64,000 nt of DNA. It comes from Mobula hypostoma (Eukaryota). Where the stretch lies: positions 190,528,001 to 190,592,000 of the forward strand of contig NC_086097.1 in the NCBI RefSeq assembly GCF_963921235.1. Direction: 5' to 3'. The notes below the pieces were generated by a model. It ran no database searches. It was given only the letters and a program-made list of their open reading frames with translations, and was not told the DNA's origin. The position numbers and the translations under genes are program-made. Below are positions 36,900 through 49,311 of the stretch, in pieces (the stretch's first letter is position 1; every line of letters begins with the position of its first letter).

Positions 36900-37445
36900 A
36901 TACAGCATGGAAATTGGCCCTTTGGTCCATGGCAATAGTGCTGCCCAGCGAGCTAATCCCATTTGCCCTGTAGGCCTTTAAACCACTCCTAACCATGTAC
37001 TTTAAACCACTCCTAACCATGTACTTTTACAGATGGCTTTTCAATGTTGCTAATGTGCTTGCCTCAGCCATTTTTCCCCTCGCAGCTCATTCAATATACA
37101 CATTGCCTTTTGTATGAATAAAAGTTGTCCTTGATGTCCCTTTTAAATATCTCAACCCTGATCTTAACCCTATGCCCTCATGTTTTTAAACAACTGTTCT
37201 TTCCCTAGGAAAAGGACCATGTGCTCTCACCTTGTCTATACCACTGTGTTCCTATAAAGCCACTATCAGGTCACCCAATCTCCTACATTCCGGGAAATAA
37301 AGTCCTAAACTACACAACCTCTCCTTGTAACCTCAGGTTCCCAAATCCAGTCAGTGTCCTGGTAAATCTTTTCTGCTCACTTTCCAGTTTAACATTTTCC
37401 TATAAACAGGGTGACCAACACCATACACATTCCTCCAGGTGAAGC
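36900..37445 (-). mobile_element. Old CR1 3' fragment containing a 24-bp tandem duplication (36976-37023)
   Basis: ggtaaatcttttctgc...cagggtgaccaa...acacattcctccagg; ctttaaaccactcctaaccatgta x2. Confidence 0.7.
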
Positions 37446-38262
37446 CACACTACACACTAGCTCATGTTTAATGATTGTAGAGTTAAACATAATTTCTAAC
37501 CAGATCTGGTGAGATTACAGTGCTTAAATCTGATCTACTGCTTGACAGTTCTCTTCCTCAATCTGTTCAATGCTGTTATAGTTGTTCAGCACACATGCAG
37601 TCCCAAGGTTTAGATTCACAGAGCTGCCAGCTCACTACTTTTTGGTGTATGCATTCTGTTACTCCGTGAAATTCTATACTCCTTGAGCCAGATTTGATCC
37701 CTTGGCTTCATAGCAATGTTAGAGGGCGGGGGGAGATGCCAGGTCTCGTCACCATTTGTTCTGGTGTAACTTTTTGCTACTACTGAAGCTTCATGACACC
37801 AAGAATACCCTGATTTGATCATTATCACGATCTGTATAACCTTGATAGGAGAATTCATAAGAAAGTGAATAAATTACATTTTTGAAAGGTTAGAAAATAG
37901 CTTCTTTAAAGGAAAGTACTGTACTGTATTATTAAAGGGATCACTAAATTCATGGATGAAGTGAGGGCCCAATCCGTGAGTATCCTGGCTATCAATGCAC
38001 ACCGAGGGACTGGAACACAAAAATACTTCAAGCTTAATGCTCATGGAATGTTCGCAAAACAACAAATCATAATAATTCAGAACATTTTTTGTAATTAAAT
38101 AAAATGATCTTATACAGTGAAAGGTGTTCTGCATTATTACACACTAAATCTGGACTGCCAAAGGTTTTCTGTATTTTACAAACATACTTTGAAATTAAAG
38201 GATAGACAGGGAGGAAGCATGGGAATTGACTGAACATCAATACACAGCATTATTAGTTACGT

Positions 38263-38525
38263 TGTGGTGACCTACTTTCCAGCGCACTCGAACCGGCTCA
38301 CAAAACAGCGCATGTCGGCAGAGAGGCCAGCCCCAAAAAAGGCGCCAGGCCACCCTCACCAGCAGGGGGAAAATCTCGCGAGCGGGAAGGGTCAGCGAAT
38401 ATGCATTCCTCACAGCAGTCCTGCCCGGGGAGGGTGGGAACAGGAAGGCTTTAAAGGAGGCCGCGAAGTTTGAATAAACCTCTTTTTTCGCAACTACAAC
38501 TCATGGACTACGTGTTGTTATTCTA
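38263..38525 (+). repeat. 5' LTR (lacks the last 25 bp)
   Basis: Direct repeat of 42321-42582; starts TG; TTTAAA and AATAAA present. Confidence 0.95.
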
Positions 38526-38526
38526 T

Positions 38527-38540
38527 TGGTGACCCCGACG
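38527..38540 (+). promoter_or_regulatory. Primer binding site, tRNA-Trp
   Basis: TGGTGACCCCGACG is complementary to the tRNA-Trp 3' end CGTCGGGGTCACCA. Confidence 0.9.
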
Positions 38541-38564
38541 GCCCAAACGATATTTGGACCAGAG

Positions 38565-39269
38565 ATGACCGATGCCACATCTGTTCATGCAGTTTCGTTA
38601 AAACTGCCAAGCTTCTGGACGCTGTGACCTCGCCTATGGTTCGAACAAGCAGAAGCCCAATTCCGCATTCGGCAGATAACCTCGGATTCCACTCGTTACT
38701 ACTATGTGGTGAGCTCCCTCGACCAGGAGACAGCTGCACAAGTTGAGGAGTTTATACAGTCGCCCCCGGAGGACGGCAAATACACAGCATTCAAAGCCCT
38801 GCTCATAAGGACTTTCGGACTCTCACGGCGCGAACGAGCACGCCGCTTAAAGCACCTGGATGGTTTGGGAGACAGGCTGCCGTCGGCATTAATGAACGAA
38901 ATGCTGGCCCTGGCTGAAGGACACAAACCCTGCCTCATGTTTGAGCAGGTGTTCCTAGAGCAACTGCCTGAGGACAAATGCCAGCTGCTGTCCGACGCAG
39001 ATTTCAGCAACCCCCAGAAGGTGGCGGCCCAGGCAGATGTGTTGTGGAATGTCAAGGAGGAGAGAGGGGCATCCGTTGTACAGATCACCAAGCCGCGTGC
39101 CCAACGGCAGACCAGACCAGACCCGGCAGCAGAGCCTACAAAACCCAGCGACAGGAGTGAGGAGCCCAACGAACAATGGTGCTTCTACCACCAGCGGTGG
39201 GGCACAGAGGCCCGCCACTGTAGACCACCCTGCAAATTCCCGGGAAACGCCAGGGCCAGCCACCGCTGA
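38565..39269 (+). pseudogene. gag: Gag (one early in-frame TGA)
   Basis: MTDATSVHAVSLKLPSFWTL*PRLWFEQAEAQF; C-terminal CFYHQRWGTEARHCRPPC (CHCC knuckle of CsRn1 type). Confidence 0.9.
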
Positions 39270-39287
39270 TCGCTACGGCGACTGGCC
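39242..39287 (+). promoter_or_regulatory. -1 ribosomal frameshift signal
   Basis: G GGA AAC in gag phase at 39242-39248; GGCCAG...CTGGCC stem begins 5 nt downstream; pol is in the -1 frame. Confidence 0.85.
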
Positions 39288-42200
39288 ATCAGGACAGCCT
39301 CCTGTACGTCTGGGACAAGCAGTCGGGACACCGCTTTTTGGTCGACACCGGAGCGGAGATCAACGTCTTACCTCCAACGAGTTACGACACCCGCAACAGA
39401 GAACCGGGACCCACCCTGAGGGCCGCAAATGGCAGCACAATACGAACCTACGACACCCGCACGGTGCGGCTACAGTTCAGCTCCAGCCGGTTCACGTGGG
39501 ACTTCACACTGGCTGCTGTGGCCCAACCACTCCTGGGGGCAGATTTTCTGTGAGCCCACAGCCTGCTGGTCGACCTGCAAGGGAAGCGACTAGTCCACGC
39601 GAAGACTTTTCAAATGTTCTACCTGGGTGAAGCACAGTTGCCAGCCCCACACCTGGACTCCATCACGCTGTCCGACGATGAATTCACCAGGGTCCTGGCG
39701 GATTTCCCATCAGTACTGACACCGCAGTTCACGGCAGCCATGCCCAGACACAGAGTACAGCACCACATCTCGACCCAGGGACCACCCCTCCACGCCCGTG
39801 CTCGAAGGCTCCCCCCGGACAAGCACCGACTGGTGAAGGAGGAGTTCAAGAAGATGGAGGAATTGGGGATCATACGACAGTCCAACAGCCCATGGGCCTC
39901 CCCCCTGCACATGGTGCCCAAGGCAACAGGGGGCTGGAGACCATGCGGCGACTACCACAGACTGAACGAGGCTACAACGCCAGACTGCTACCCTGTGCCG
40001 CACATTCAAGACTTTGCAGCAAACCTACACGGTGCAAGGATCTTTTCCAAGGTAGACCTCGTCCGGGGATACCATCAAATCCCAGTACATCCGGATGACA
40101 TCCCCAAAACAGCACTCATCACCCCGTTCGGACTTTTCGAATTCCTCCGAATGCCGTTCGGCCTAAAGAATACCGCACAGACATTCCAGCAGCTAATCGA
40201 TGTGGTGGGACGCGACCTGGACTTTGCATTCATCTATTTGGACGACATCCTCATAGCCAGCAGTAGTCGTCAGGAGCATCTATCCCACCTCCGTCAACTC
40301 TACACCCGACTGAGTAAATTCGGCCTTACAATCAACCCTGCCAAATGTCAGTTCGGACTCGACACCATCGACTTCCTGGGCCACAGGATTACTAAAGACG
40401 GAGCAACCCCTCTGCCCGCCAAGGTAGACGCGGTCCGCAACTTCCCCCGACCCAACACAATCAAAGGCCTGCAGGAGTTCGTGGGTATGGTGAATTTCTA
40501 CCACCGTTTCCTCCCCTCAGCAGCCTGAGTCATGCGCCCCCTGTTCACTCTGATGTCGGGTAAGGGCAAGGACATTACCTGGGACAAAGAGGCCGCAGCC
40601 ACTTTCGTTAAAACCAAAGAAGCCTTGGCAAATGCCGCGATGCTAGTGCACCCCAGAACGGACGTTCCTACTGCCCTCACGGTGGACGCATCCAACACAG
40701 CGGTCGGTGGACTGCTGGAACAACTCATCGAGGGTCGCTGGCAACCCCTGGCATTCTTCAGCAAACACCTACGATCACCCGAACTCAAATACAGTGCTTT
40801 CGACTGGGAGCTATTGGCACTACACCTGGCAATCCGGCGTTTCAGATACTTCTTAGAAGGTAGGCCCTTCACCGCTTTCACCGGCCACAAACCGCTTACC
40901 TTTGTGTTCACTAAGGTGTCCGACCCCTGGTCGTCCCACCAGCAGTGACATCTGTCCTACATCTCTGAATACATGTCGGACACCAGGCATGTCTCGGGAA
41001 AGGACAACGTCATGGCGGACGCACTATCCAGACCTACCATACAGGCCCTGTCCCAGGGGGTGGACTATGCAGCGCTGGCAGAGGCACAGCAGGCAGACAA
41101 TGAAATCCTTAGTTACAGAACTGTGGTCTTCAGTTTGCAACTCCAAGACCTCCCCGTAGGCCCAGGTGAGAGGACCCTACTGTGTGACGTGGCTACTGGC
41201 CAACCCCGCCCCATCGTCCTGGCAGCCTGGTGGCGGCGAGTTTTCAACTCCATTCACAACCTAGCGCACCCCTCCAACCGTCCGACTGGTCTCCAACAGG
41301 TTCGTTTGGCATGGACTTCGTAAACAGGTCAGTGAATGGGCCAAAACGTGTATGCAGTGCCAAACGGCCAAGGTGCAGCGGCACACCAAGGCTCCAACGC
41401 AGCAGTTCGAACCCACCAGCCGGAGTTTCAACCACATTCATGTGGATATCGTGGGGCCCCTGCCAGTGTCACGAGGAGCGCGGTACCTCCTAACTATGAT
41501 AGACCGGTTCACCAGATGGCCAGAGGCAGTCCCGCTCACCGACACCACCTCCGAATCCTGTGCCCGGGCACTGATCGCAACCTGAGTAGCACGCTTCACC
41601 GTACCAGCCCACATTACCTCCGACAGGGGCGCCCAGTTCACCTCCAGCCTGTGATCGGCTGTGGCCAGCCTGTTGGGAACACAGCTACACCACACAACTG
41701 CCTACCACCCACAGTCGAACGGACTAGTGGAGCGTTTTCACCGTCACCTGAAGTCAGCTCTCATGGCCCGCCTGGAAGGGCCTAACTGGGTGGACGAACT
41801 TCCCTGGGTCCTGCTCGGAATCCGCACAGTGCCCAAGGAGGATCTACACACCTCGTCGGCCGAGTTGGTGTACGGCACACCCCTGGTAGTCCCAGGAGAG
41901 TTCATACCAGCCCAAGGGGGCAAGAGGAAGAACCCACAGCAGTCCTGGACAGACTGCGGGAGAGGCTCGGTAACATGGCCCCCATACCCACTTCACAGCA
42001 CGGACAGAGCCCGACCTGCGTACCCAAAGACCTGCAGAACTGTAAGTTTCTTTTTGTACGACGGGGCAGACACCAGGCACCGCTACAGCGGCCCTACGAG
42101 GGGCCGTTTAAGGTGATGAGGAACAACGGGTCCACGTTCGTGCTGGACATTGGGGGGAGAGAGGAGGTTTTCACGGTGGACCGACTCAAACCGGCCCATG

Positions 42201-42307
42201 TGGACTTGACGCAGCCTGTCCGGGCTCAGGCACTGCGGCGCAGAGGCAGACCTCTGAAACAGAGGTCAATCCAGACTGTGGACATTGGGGGATGTATCGC
42301 TGATTTT

Positions 42308-42320
42308 GAGGGTGGGGTTA
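42308..42320 (+). promoter_or_regulatory. Polypurine tract
   Basis: gagggtggggtta immediately before the 3' LTR. Confidence 0.75.
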
Positions 42321-42607
42321 TGTGGTGACCCACTTTCCAGCGCACTCGAACCTGCTCACAAAACAGTGCACACCGGCAGAGAGGCCGTCCCAAAAAGGGC
42401 GCCAGGCCATCTTCACCAGCAGGGGGAAAATCCCGCGTGCGGGAAGGGTCTGCGAATATACATTCCCCAGAGCAATCCCGCCCGGGGAGGGCGGGAACGG
42501 GAAGGCTTTAAAGGAGGCCGTGAAGTTTGAATAAACTTCTTTTTATTCAACTACAACTCACTGACTACGTGTCGTTATTCTAGCGCTGTGTGTAGCACAC
42601 CGCTACA
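42321..42607 (+). repeat. 3' LTR
   Basis: TGTGG...CTACA, direct repeat of the 5' LTR. Confidence 0.95.
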
Positions 42608-42825
42608 ATGTCAGAAATTCGTGTGAAATGAAGTGGGATACCATAAGAGTCATTATTGGGGCTGTTATCTTGCATAACATACATTATTGATCTGTATTAA
42701 ATCATTATATTATTTCATGTGGTCTATACAAAAATCTGTATTCGTATCAGAATGCTTGCTGAGAGAAAAAAATAATAAATAAATGGTCTACATTGGCAGC
42801 TAACAATTAATAGTAGTAAAGGTTG

Positions 42826-43200
42826 TCATAGCTGAAGGAGGTAGTGGGGATAAGCATGTGCCACAAATAGCCTCTGACAGCTAAGCCCAGCTCCTGGTCT
42901 TCATGTGTGCATTAGCTACTAAGCCTGTCAGAACCATTTCTACTGATAGGAGAAAGGGCGAAGGTGGGTTACTGCCACCTTAAAACAGTCATCTTGGGCA
43001 GCTCATCTGGAAGAATGAAAACTCTGATTTCAAACTTCCACTGCCTTGCAGCTATACCCAATCATGGGGAAGGCTCCAGGAGTAAACCCCAAGGGAAAAG
43101 CTCCTGCCACACCACTGCTGCCAAACTGTCTCGGTCTCTGCCATTGATTTGGATTTATCAGCTGCAGAGGCAACAGCTTGATTTCCGTATCACACACCTC
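42826..43200 (+). mobile_element. Unclassified repeat, possibly an RTE-type 5' region
   Basis: GC-richer block with gaaaactctgatttcaaac motif reminiscent of RTE 5' UTRs; recognition only. Confidence 0.35.
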
Positions 43201-43449
43201 CGGCTTGCACTTCACAGATTGCTATGAGCAAAATCCAATGTTGACCTTGACCACCAAAGGGCCTCATTAAACGTAATGAATTTGGGGAAGACCAGTAGCA
43301 ATTTTGTGTGTACCTAGCTGAATGCTCTTGAGCGAGTGAGGCTTTGACATTATTATGCAGGATTCCTTTACAGTGCATATTCTGGGTTGAATTTATATTA
43401 TTTACATCATTAATTGAACAGAGAAACCAGTTGCTAGCATCTGCACAAG

Positions 43450-44100
43450 TCTGCTACCATTGTTATGAATGTTGAATCCAAACTAAAGAGGGCCATCTAG
43501 TCCCATGTCGGGCATATGTTTAGAAACCATATCTACCTTTTTGCCTAATCTTGAGACTTTCCATGGCAAGAAATAATGAAAACCCTAAACTCAGATATGT
43601 TTTAGAGAATTTTTTTTTTTTTTACCAGTTTACACAGCTTCCCTTAACAGGCTTTACAAATTGTGACTGACTTAAGGAAGATTGGGCATGTATTGAATAA
43701 TTAAAGGACTAGACTGTAAATAGGTTAGATTGTAGAGGTCTGTGCAAACATAGAGATACATGTATAATCTGGACAAGCTTAATATTTGGTGAGTTGATGA
43801 AAAGTTATGTTTCATCCACCAGGACACCAAACAGATTGGCTTGTAAAATACTATAGATACAGTTTGACAGCAAATGTTCAAAAGGAAGCCAGACGATTTC
43901 TTGGAGAAGCAGATAAAGAGGAAGTTCTACAATTATGTGATCATTTATACCACTGCCATTTGGTTTGATTATGTGGCATTCAGAGATGAATTCCCTCCCC
44001 AACATACTGAAGTAGCCCTGGTTCTTTTTCATTTCCCAGAGGAAGCTGTTCAGAAGTTAGTGAGTAGAAATAGTTTTTTGAGCAGCAGATTACCTAGTTT
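43450..44100 (-). pseudogene. Ancient hAT (ZMYM1/Tip100-like) transposase remnant
   Basis: QLPLGNE / NQGYFSML, ILQANLFGVLVDET plus FSSTHQILSLS, then GTRWPS, in hAT order. Confidence 0.55.
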
Positions 44101-44509
44101 TGGTAATTTCTAATATCTTCTGTCTTTTTCACCTGTCTGCCAAGTTTCAGTTAAAGCTAAATGAAACAAATGTTTGGCCATTTGACTAAGCATCTTTCCA
44201 TCTACCCAAGCGCAGCCCCACCAGGTTCTCACCCTGCCATACATCACCAAACCAACATTTACACCTTAAATCAATTCCGCTATTTCATCCCTCCCACCTC
44301 CTTTAAAACTCTTGTTCTCTGCTATCAACTCATATCCCCTCTTCCAAACAAACCTCTCAGCTACATTGTCTCAGCCGTTCTACTACCCAATTCTTCCTCT
44401 CATTGATTCTAATCTGCATCACAGCACTATCTGTTTCATTGGAATTTACAGCCTAAATCAAAATCTAAAAGGTCTTTTTATATATTTTTGACAACTCACT
44501 AAATATTTC

Positions 44510-45156
44510 TGTAACGCTCAGCTATATTGGCTCGTATTTACCTAGGGGAAACCCCATCCGCTGTCCAACCGTGTATCCCCGGTTGTGTTGATTGCTGTGC
44601 AATGCCACCTGTTCGACCTCAAACATCAAACATCAGACCTCACACAATGTGCACTTTACAGATTACACTTTATAAATCTTACTGGGACTATGAGATTAAT
44701 AGAGATACAATATAAAAGAAAGACAAAAGGACGCCAGATTTATCAAAGTTCCATTTCTTCGTGCACACAGTTGGAGCTCAAACATCCGGGGTCTTCTCTC
44801 TTCACCCTGCGATCCACTCTGGCCCCCTCGACTCGCAGCTCGAGACCACCCAAGGTGATCCAACAGAGTGCTTCCAGCACGTCAGTCTTACTCCTGGTCT
44901 CTCCTCCAAAAGTCTGCCAAAACCACCACTTCCCAGCCATATAAGACAGAATATCACCCCAAAAAGGAATAACATGGACACCCATTGGTTTATTCTCTCC
45001 TTATCATTAGTGATAACACAAACAAGCTGCTAGCTGCTAGAAAAAGAATCACTGTCTCAGCAGTTAACATCACAGAGAAACCATTTTAATTATAACATAA
45101 CAAAGAAACCATTTTGATTAACATACGCAGTAACATAAAAGAAGAAACCCCTTACA
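44510..45156. mobile_element. Solo LTR (647 bp)
   Basis: TGTAA...TTACA termini; TTTC TSD at 44506-44509 and 45157-45160. Confidence 0.85.
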
Positions 45157-45773
45157 TTTCCAATCCACATGGTTCAATCTATCACCATCACGTCATCACT
45201 TAGGCTGCATTTTTTTTAAAAGTTCATTTCCTTTATCTATCATTCCTGAAAATATTCATACTTACAGCAATTTGACTATACAATTGCTATTAATTGTGCC
45301 TCTCTTTGTTATAACTTCTATCCTCTAGTCTGTTTGCTCACCCATTAGTTTACTTCTACATAGAAAGACCTGGCCCTAAAGAGAATCCACCCTATCCAAC
45401 CATGGAAGTTACCACAGCAACCAGTGTTACCTTTGTGAGTAATGTGGTGCAAATCCATAAAATTTGGCCAATTCACATTCAGCTCCAGCTGCCTTCACTC
45501 AAGTCTACCAAAAGGAATTATAAAAATGCAAAGATGTATGATCATCCAATCATGCAAAAGCAATCCGTGTTACCTTATCTCATCAACCACTGCTTTTAAT
45601 CCCTTCATCCTTTTTCACTACTATTCTCACCTTCAACACAAAAAACTGAATGGATCTACCAGAATTAGTATTGGAAATTAAATTTTATACAACCCTCCTT
45701 TTACAAAAACTTTCATTTACCTATTAATTTATTTAAAAAGTAACCCATTCTTGTGCTGTAGTTAGTTAAGTAT

Positions 45774-46030
45774 CATCATCATCAGGTGCCGTGCCCAGTT
45801 TGAGCTTTGACTGAAATGGCCCATGCACTCCTGTTTTGGGTCAAGTGGATCAATTCATTGGTATTCATTTCCAGTTCTCTGGCTGCTGTCTCCATCATTT
45901 GTCTTTGCCTTCCTCTTGCTTTCTTCCCTTCAGTCTTTCCTATAATTACCATGCATTCTAACTCCTCTTTCCTAATCACACATCCAATGAAGTCACGTTG
46001 CCGTTTCATGATCTCATACATTATTTCTCT
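45774..46030 (-). mobile_element. RTE-clade LINE 3' end with 8-bp TSD
   Basis: IIGKTEGKKARGRQR...QNRSAW; (GAT)n tail; TTAAGTAT at 45766-45773 and 46031-46038. Confidence 0.9.
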
Positions 46031-46804
46031 TTAAGTATACATCTTTGAATTAAAGCTTTACTCAGCCTGTCAATATTAATATTCTTACGATTGTGAAGCA
46101 AGAGATTGGCTACTCAAAATCCATTATTTTCTACTTATAACTTTACATATCAACATAAAACATTCCAAGGTCAAAGATGGGGACAGCCATCTATAGATAA
46201 TGCTAGCTCTCTCCCTAACAAATATATTTTTAGCTCTAATCTTAAAAGGAACATCCCTACTACAGCACTTGAAATTTTCCACTCTCCATATCAATGATCC
46301 TCAGGGGCCAAGTGTGTCATTCTCTGCTGATCCTTAAGAAGCTTTGTGAGCTCTGGAAAGTAATTTAAATTGCCTCAAGGACCTTCACTGCAAGTAGGAA
46401 AAGGAAAGTATTAAGCCATAATTTTGGTTAAAAGAACAGCATGAACTCCCCTTCCTTATTATCAGCACTAATGACAATTTAAAGTACAAATCTTCATTAA
46501 AATAGCAAAATACCCCAGTGTTCACCGGAACATTATCACACAAAATTCGTACAGAGCCCGACAAGGGGGATGCATGTCAATGTGATCATTTTTGAGAAGT
46601 GTCTTGGAAGAGAGATTTGGGGCAGAAATTTGAGAATTCACTTTGCTAACTAAAGATACAACTGCTGGTGCTTGACCTGTTAAATTTCCTCTGGGCCTTT
46701 TAAAGTTACAATAGTGAGAATCAAGCAGTTGGAGAGATTTGGATACAAGGGTGAAAATTTGAAACTGTAGTATTGCTTGACTAGCAGCAATGCAGTTATA
46801 TTAG

Positions 46805-47311
46805 CGGACATCCCACCCTGCAAAAACTCATCTCGGGGAGGTAGCACCAATACTTGAGCAGCCTTTCCTGTGCTTAGCCTCCCTAATATGTTGTGATCCC
46901 TAAAAGAAATAAAAGCATAAGGTGTATCCTTATTATATTGTCTTATGCAGAAAGTGTGACATTTAAATATGTACTTATATTATATTATCATGGAGTCTTC
47001 TTTTATTCTATTACAACTTTAAGCAAGTCTACAGTGGGTTTGTCCTCATCATGTAGGACATCAATTGAGTAGCTCCTTAACAGCTAGCCAGCTAGTTTAA
47101 ACAACATTAGCTATGCTAATGAATGAGCGACACCTGTTAAACTCACCTCAACATGTCTTTTACAGTCATTTAACCCACCATGGGCAATAGAAAAGTCATT
47201 GTTGCAAACAACAATCAATTTCTGGGATATTGTATATAATTTGCGGGTGTCAGGGAGGCGCTATCAATATACGGGAGACTCCCGGAACTTCCGGGAGAGG
47301 TGGGATGTCTG
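46805..47311. mobile_element. MITE with 13-bp TIR and 6-bp TSD
   Basis: CGGACATCCCACC...GGTGGGATGTCTG; TATTAG at 46799-46804 and 47312-47317; subterminal near-palindrome ctcccggaacttccgggag. Confidence 0.8.
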
Positions 47312-47793
47312 TATTAGCATAGAGGTGAAGCATGACCAGGGCTTGTGCTGCAGTATTTTGGATAACCAGGTCTACAGGTATATTGAGGGTAGCTGTCAAG
47401 GAGTTACTAGGAATAATCACATCCTAAGATAACAAAGTCAAAGACTTCAGCAGTGCTAAGCAGAAGGTGGGGGGGGGGGCAGGACAGCAATCTGGAAATG
47501 CAAACCAGTGGTCAGAACCTCATCACAGGGTCAAGGGTGAGATCAAGTTTTTAACCAATCTAGGTCAGTTATGGACCAATGCCAGGGAATGGATGGAGTT
47601 GAAGAACAGAGAATGGAGCTTATAACGGGAACCAACAGTAGTGCTTCTAGTCTTTTCAATATTTAGTTGAGTAGGGAGGGGAGAGGAAATCATTATTTAT
47701 TCAATTCTGTATGTCAGGCAATTAATTATTCGGTAATGAATGTTGGACAATTTACAATGAGTTGGGTCTGATCAGCATTCCTTTAGAAATTGA

Positions 47794-49140
47794 CAGCAAC
47801 ACATACAAAGCACTAAAGAAATTCAGCAGGTAAGCACCCACAGGGGGAAATCAATATATTAACATTTCTGGCCATGATCCTTCATTAGGACTGGGAAAAA
47901 AAACAGAAAATAGAATAAAAGGTTGGGGAAAGGGGAGGGGCCTACCTGGTGGGTGATAATTGAATTCAGGTGAAATGGGGAAAGTAGGAAGATGCATCAG
48001 ATGGGGAAGGGATGAGTTGAGAAGCTGAGAGGGGATATGTGGAAGTCGCAAGAAGCTGAAGTAGAAGGAACCTGATGGAGAGGGTAGTGGACCATGGAAT
48101 AAAAGGGGTAAGTAACTGGGGGGAGGAAAATAAATGACAGCCAGGTTATGAAGGTGGGGGGGGGGGGGTGGAGAAAGAGTGGAAAGGGAACCATTAGTTG
48201 GAGAAATCAATGTTGATGCCGTCACGTTGGAGACTACCAAGATGGAATATGAGGTGCTGCTCCTCTGATCTGTATCTGGCCTTATCTAATCAGGAGAGGA
48301 GGCCATGGATAGACATGTCATTGTAAGAATGGGAGATGGAATTAAAATATATGGCTACCAGGAGATCTAGGGTGTTATGGCAGATGGAGTGGTAGTGCTC
48401 AATGAAGCGATCTCCCAATTTGCATCAGATCTCTCCAAAGTAGAAGGCCATGCTGGGAGCACCAGATGCAATAAATGGCACTGATGGATTCACACGTGAA
48501 ATGCTGCCTTGCCAGGATTGACTGCTAAGAGCCCTGAATTGTGGTGACAGAGTTGGTGTAGGGGCAGGTGTAACGTTTAATATCGTTGTAGCAATAAGTG
48601 CCTGGAGAAGAGAGAAAAAAAAATCGGTGGAGATAGATGAACAGACAAGGAAGTCAAGCACTTGGCAGCCTCTAATCTGCATCAATGTTTCTAAACCCTC
48701 AGTATCCATTCCCTTCAGTCACCTCTCCCAACTTTTGCTTTCCCTCATCTCTCTGGCCCCTTGCTCCTCCTCCTCCCTCATGAACTGCCCATTACCCACA
48801 TCTCACTCCTATTGGTTCTCCACCTCATCCTTTATTCCATGGTCTACTGTTCCTTCTTTTCAAATCTTTGCCTCTTCTACCTATCACTTCCCAATTTCTC
48901 ACAGCATTCACATTCCCTTCTCCCTCTCACCTGGAAGCAGACATCACCCACCAGCTCATGTTCCTCCCCCACCCACAACATTTATTCTAACTTCTGCCTT
49001 AGAAGGAAAGTCATGCTGAAGGGTCTTGGCCAGAAAAGTCGATTGCTCATTCACTCCATAGACAATGACTGACTTGCCAAGACCCTTCAGAGTTTTGCAT
49101 GTCACTCCAGATTTCCAGCAAAGCTACCTCGTGTCTTCTG
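47794..49140. mobile_element. Older Penelope-like element with inverted arms
   Basis: Minus arm 47794 to about 48660 (UTR and GIY-YIG remnant); plus arm to 49136; degenerate hammerheads at 47855-47892 (-) and 49008-49047 (+); AGAAATTGA at 47785 and 49141. Confidence 0.8.
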
Positions 49141-49311
49141 AGAAATTGATGCTTTGTTTTTGGATGATGGTGATGAGAAACTGAATACATGATGAATAAA
49201 AAGAACATTGTAACACTCAGAGTTCTTATAGATCAATGTGATGAAAATCTCCTAAAAAAAACTAGATTATTTGGATAATTGGAACAGCATAGTAACAAAG
49301 ACTGTAAACAT

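Larger units (their letters stand above)
39242..42328 (+). pseudogene. pol: Pol (protease, RT, RNase H, integrase) with several TGA stops and frameshifts
   Basis: FLVDTGAE, RMPFGL, YLDD, TVDASN, HVDIVGPLP, AYHPQSNGLVERFHR, PYEGPF; stops at 39551, 40526, 40946, 41583. Confidence 0.95.
38263..42607 (+). mobile_element. Near full-length Gypsy LTR retrotransposon, CsRn1-like
   Basis: Two LTRs, PBS, gag, PR-RT-RH-IN order, PPT; TSD ACGT (38259-38262) / ATGT (42608-42611). Confidence 0.97.

Noticed and set aside
39037..41785. Overlapping alternative-frame and antisense ORFs in the Gypsy element
   Set aside because: Expected by-product of GC-rich coding sequence; no recognisable domains
42875..42972. 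HDV-like ribozyme (ttcatgt loop, GCGAA junction)
   Set aside because: Could not build contiguous P2-P3 and P1.1; a competing local hairpin uses the same bases
43871..44066. Host exon or 20-nt microexon (ttcccag/AGGAAGCTGTTCAGAAGTTA/gtgagt)
   Set aside because: No recognisable protein and no partner exons; the region is better explained as an antisense hAT fossil
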